Shown here piece by piece: positions 17,833-18,747 of a stretch of 18,747 nucleotides of DNA (position 1 is the stretch's first letter; every line of letters starts with the position of its first letter). Position numbers and translations under genes: made by a program. The notes beneath the pieces were generated by a model. That model did no database searches. It saw only the letters and a program-made list of their open reading frames with translations, and was not told the origin of the DNA. The DNA is from Perkinsela sp. CCAP 1560/9 (taxonomy: Eukaryota > Protista > Euglenozoa: Kinetoplastea), in contig CBFFSA010000103.1 of NCBI GenBank assembly GCA_965644495.1, positions 1 through 18,747 of the forward strand, in the 5' to 3' direction.

Positions 17833-18747
17833 TTATTGTTGGAGTTCTCCCAGCCATTGAGTTGGTGTCATGTACTTTCTCAGTTGATTAGCTACTGTGT
17901 AGGCGTTCATCTTTTCAATCTCTAGCTGAAACGCTTCCTTGACTTCCTTGACATTTCTTTCTGACCGTTTCGCTAAGCATTCCAACAATCGCCTGGTATT
18001 TTGATGGAGTAGTCCGAACTCTGTAACCGCCAGGCAACTAAATTCCTGCGTTGTAATACCCTTTTCCACCACATATTTCTTGTTCTTTCTTTCCAGAGCA
18101 TTCTGCATCAGTTGTTCAGGAGTTGATTTTATGTGGCTTGGTGCACATGTGTGTACTACCGTTAAGTCGTATAGCACCTCTCCGATGGTAGGCCACATGA
18201 TCCCAAGGTCAGGTCCTGATCTTATGCGTCGCGCTTTACAGGGATGGTTCTCAACTGCTTCATCCGAGATGGAGGCCTTGCATTTCGTGCAGTAGAATGA
18301 TGTATGAACTCTTGGTTCGAGCACGTGCGGCAGACCAGCTTTCGCGCACAATTCCCCAAGGAACCGAATAAGATGTGTGTGCTTTCTTGTAGCATTAACT
18401 CCAGAGCATTGTGTACATCCGGCTACGTGGTGCAGGGCGTTGCTTGCAGACAGTTCGGTTGAGCATCCAGGGCATGGAATGAGGTCTGGCATTTCGGGGG
18501 GCGTGCAACCCAGGCGCCTCATGACACTATATCTGAAGAGATAGGGGTTCACATAGTTGCTCGTGGAGTGCAGATGGTTGTGGGAATTTGTCGTGCGATC
18601 GAGTATATCATTCAGTTTTTTGTTTCTTCGCAGTTCAGCGGCGATCATTTTTTGCTCTCCCCTGATTGCTTTCGTAGCCATCTTGCTCGCTGTTGATTTG
18701 TCTTCTGGCAGCACTGAAATCTTCTTAGTGTGTTTCGATTTCTCCAC
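17833..18747 (-). CDS. C-terminus of a CRE/SLACS-type non-LTR retroposon ORF: Zn knuckle plus restriction-like endonuclease (partial; continues beyond the window)
   Basis: CPGC...HHVAGC, RKH, EPR, PDL, YDLTV, KNKKY, EFG motifs typical of the RLE domain. Confidence 0.88.
   Translation of the reverse strand: MEKSKHTKKISVLPEDKSTASKMATKAIRGEQKMIAAELRRNKKLNDILDRTTNSHNHLHSTSNYVNPYLFRYSVMRRLGCTPPEMPDLIPCPGCSTELSASNALHHVAGCTQCSGVNATRKHTHLIRFLGELCAKAGLPHVLEPRVHTSFYCTKCKASISDEAVENHPCKARRIRSGPDLGIMWPTIGEVLYDLTVVHTCAPSHIKSTPEQLMQNALERKNKKYVVEKGITTQEFSCLAVTEFGLLHQNTRRLLECLAKRSERNVKEVKEAFQLEIEKMNAYTVANQLRKYMTPTQWLGELQQ

Overview
Eukaryotic repeat-rich window, most likely from a euglenozoan (kinetoplastid or diplonemid-like), made almost entirely of nested mobile elements; no ordinary host gene was recognised. 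Left to right: (1) a 2.2-kb perfect (TCTTCCTCTT)n array; (2) a minus-strand RNase H remnant of a tyrosine-recombinase (YR) retrotransposon; (3) a 3'-truncated YR element (gag plus the YR N-terminus); (4) 42 copies of an 18-bp repeat; (5) a single-ORF APE-RT-RNase H LINE, split cleanly with no target-site duplication by an apparently intact 5,664-bp YR retrotransposon (8281-13944); (6) two minus-strand fragments of a CRE/SLACS-type RLE retroposon; (7) an internally deleted Tc1-like DD35E transposon between those fragments. The intact YR element is the most interesting object. It has VIPER-type gene order (gag-YR-RT/RH) with Ngaro/PAT-type split direct repeats (A1...B1-A2-B2). Its 5' A1 repeat carries a spliced-leader (SL)-like 33-mer exactly where A2 has a pyrimidine-rich tract ending in AG. 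Its pol frame overlaps the entire YR gene and appears reachable by a -1 frameshift signal that is conserved in the second, divergent YR element. Its RT has YVDG in place of YxDD.
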